DNA of 64,000 bases. Origin: Isurus oxyrinchus (taxonomy: Eukaryota). The position numbers and the translations under genes are program-made. The DNA is taken from positions 79,670,001 through 79,734,000 of the forward strand of contig JANJGN010000021.1 in assembly GCA_026770705.1 (NCBI GenBank), written 5' to 3'. Below, piece after piece: positions 62,950-64,000 of this stretch (the first letter of the stretch is position 1; each line of letters opens with the position of its first letter). The notes below the pieces were generated by a model that made no database searches, had not been told where the DNA came from, and saw nothing but the letters and a program-made list of their open reading frames with translations.

Positions 62950-64000
62950 GGGCCATGGTTTCAACTCTGGTTAGGCTGCAGGATCAGAGGGAGATGAGGC
63001 ACGGGCAGCAGAGGAGACATCTGCTCTCAGAGGGAGGAGGAGAAGGCCTCTAACCCTGCAGGAGGCTCTACCCACTGAAGGTCTTCAGGAAGCTATTCTC
63101 CTGCTTACACCTCAGCCAGGAGCAATGTGTTTGGTAGCGGCACTTCACAGGGAACTTACTGAACTGTTCTGCTCTCTGCTAGACTTGTGGACTCAGAGCA
63201 GGTTGAGGATGGGGCTGACAAGTGGTCGCTAAGGTGACTATGACTGAATTTTTGGGCAAGCAGATCTTTCCAGAATACTACAGGTGATAGCACCAACACC
63301 TTGCGTTTTGCCATTCATGCTACATCCAGGAGGTCACAGAGTCCCTGTACACCAGTAGAGGAGACTTCATTGCCTTCTCTCTAAGCAGATGGAAGCAGGA
63401 GAAGTGGGTGCGTAGCTTTGCCAGGATAGTGGGCTTCCTCATGGGCCATCGATTGAGTACAGTGGCTTTGCGGGTGGTACTTCTCAATGGGGAATTGTAC
63501 TGAAATTACAAGGAGTACCACTTACTGAACATGGAGATGGTGTGTGACCATACCCAGAACATCATGTGGTGAATACCTTCTATCCTGGAAACAGTCATTT
63601 TTCCCTCATCTGCACCAGTCAGCAGCTGCTGTCGTATTTGAGCCACCTTTGTAAAAGCACTGGGCGGCTGCTTGGCAACAAGGCACAGCCACTGGACACA
63701 TGACTGATGATTCCCTTCCACATGTGGACAGTCCTCCAACAATGACAGCCATAATATAACAAGGAATGTCATAGAACAGACCACTGACATTCTGAAACAA
63801 TGATATTGTTGCCTGTACTGTTCAGTTAGAGCCCTCCAGTATCAGACCAATAAGTGATGGTCCCCTGCATCCTCCATGGCCTTCATGAGGAATTGGTCCT
63901 CACCACCAGGTCTTCAGCGACCACCTTAGGAGGAGGAAGCAGCTCACACTCGGAGGTCCAGACAGGCTGTCTGTGAGCACATACTCAGACTTGCTTCCCT
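62950..64000 (+). mobile_element. Harbinger transposase relic
   Basis: Degenerate VAKVT..NF, FARIVGF, YH.LNMEMVCDH segments homologous to 4607-5062. Confidence 0.55.

Overview
Vertebrate genomic DNA, almost certainly from a shark or other cartilaginous fish (shark-type MHC II protein, HER1/HE1-like repeats). The only host gene I can support is a complete, in-frame MHC class II alpha-chain gene on the minus strand. It has 4 coding exons (60451-60517, 46966-47214, 22244-22525, 14317-14462; 744 nt, 247 aa) spread over about 46 kb, with an X-Y box promoter. The introns are packed with mobile DNA. Intron 2 holds a full-length ~8.7 kb epsilon-like endogenous retrovirus (LTR, PBS-Gln, gag-pro-[2H phosphoesterase]-RT-RH-IN, env, PPT, LTR), sitting inside a CR1 LINE. 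Other elements are CR1/HER1/L2/RTE LINE relics, HE1-like SINEs, Gypsy relics, Harbinger elements and MITEs, and Penelope-like elements with inverted structure, 13-15 bp TSDs and hammerhead ribozyme cores. A 69-bp minisatellite abuts exon 1. Most notable: the 2H phosphoesterase insert and nearly intact env of the ERV, loss of the alpha-N62/N69 peptide-binding residues, a minisatellite unit that tiles as 12-RSS-like plus 23-RSS-like and carries decoy splice donors, and several long fold-back structures. All calls come from reading the sequence by eye; no searches were run.
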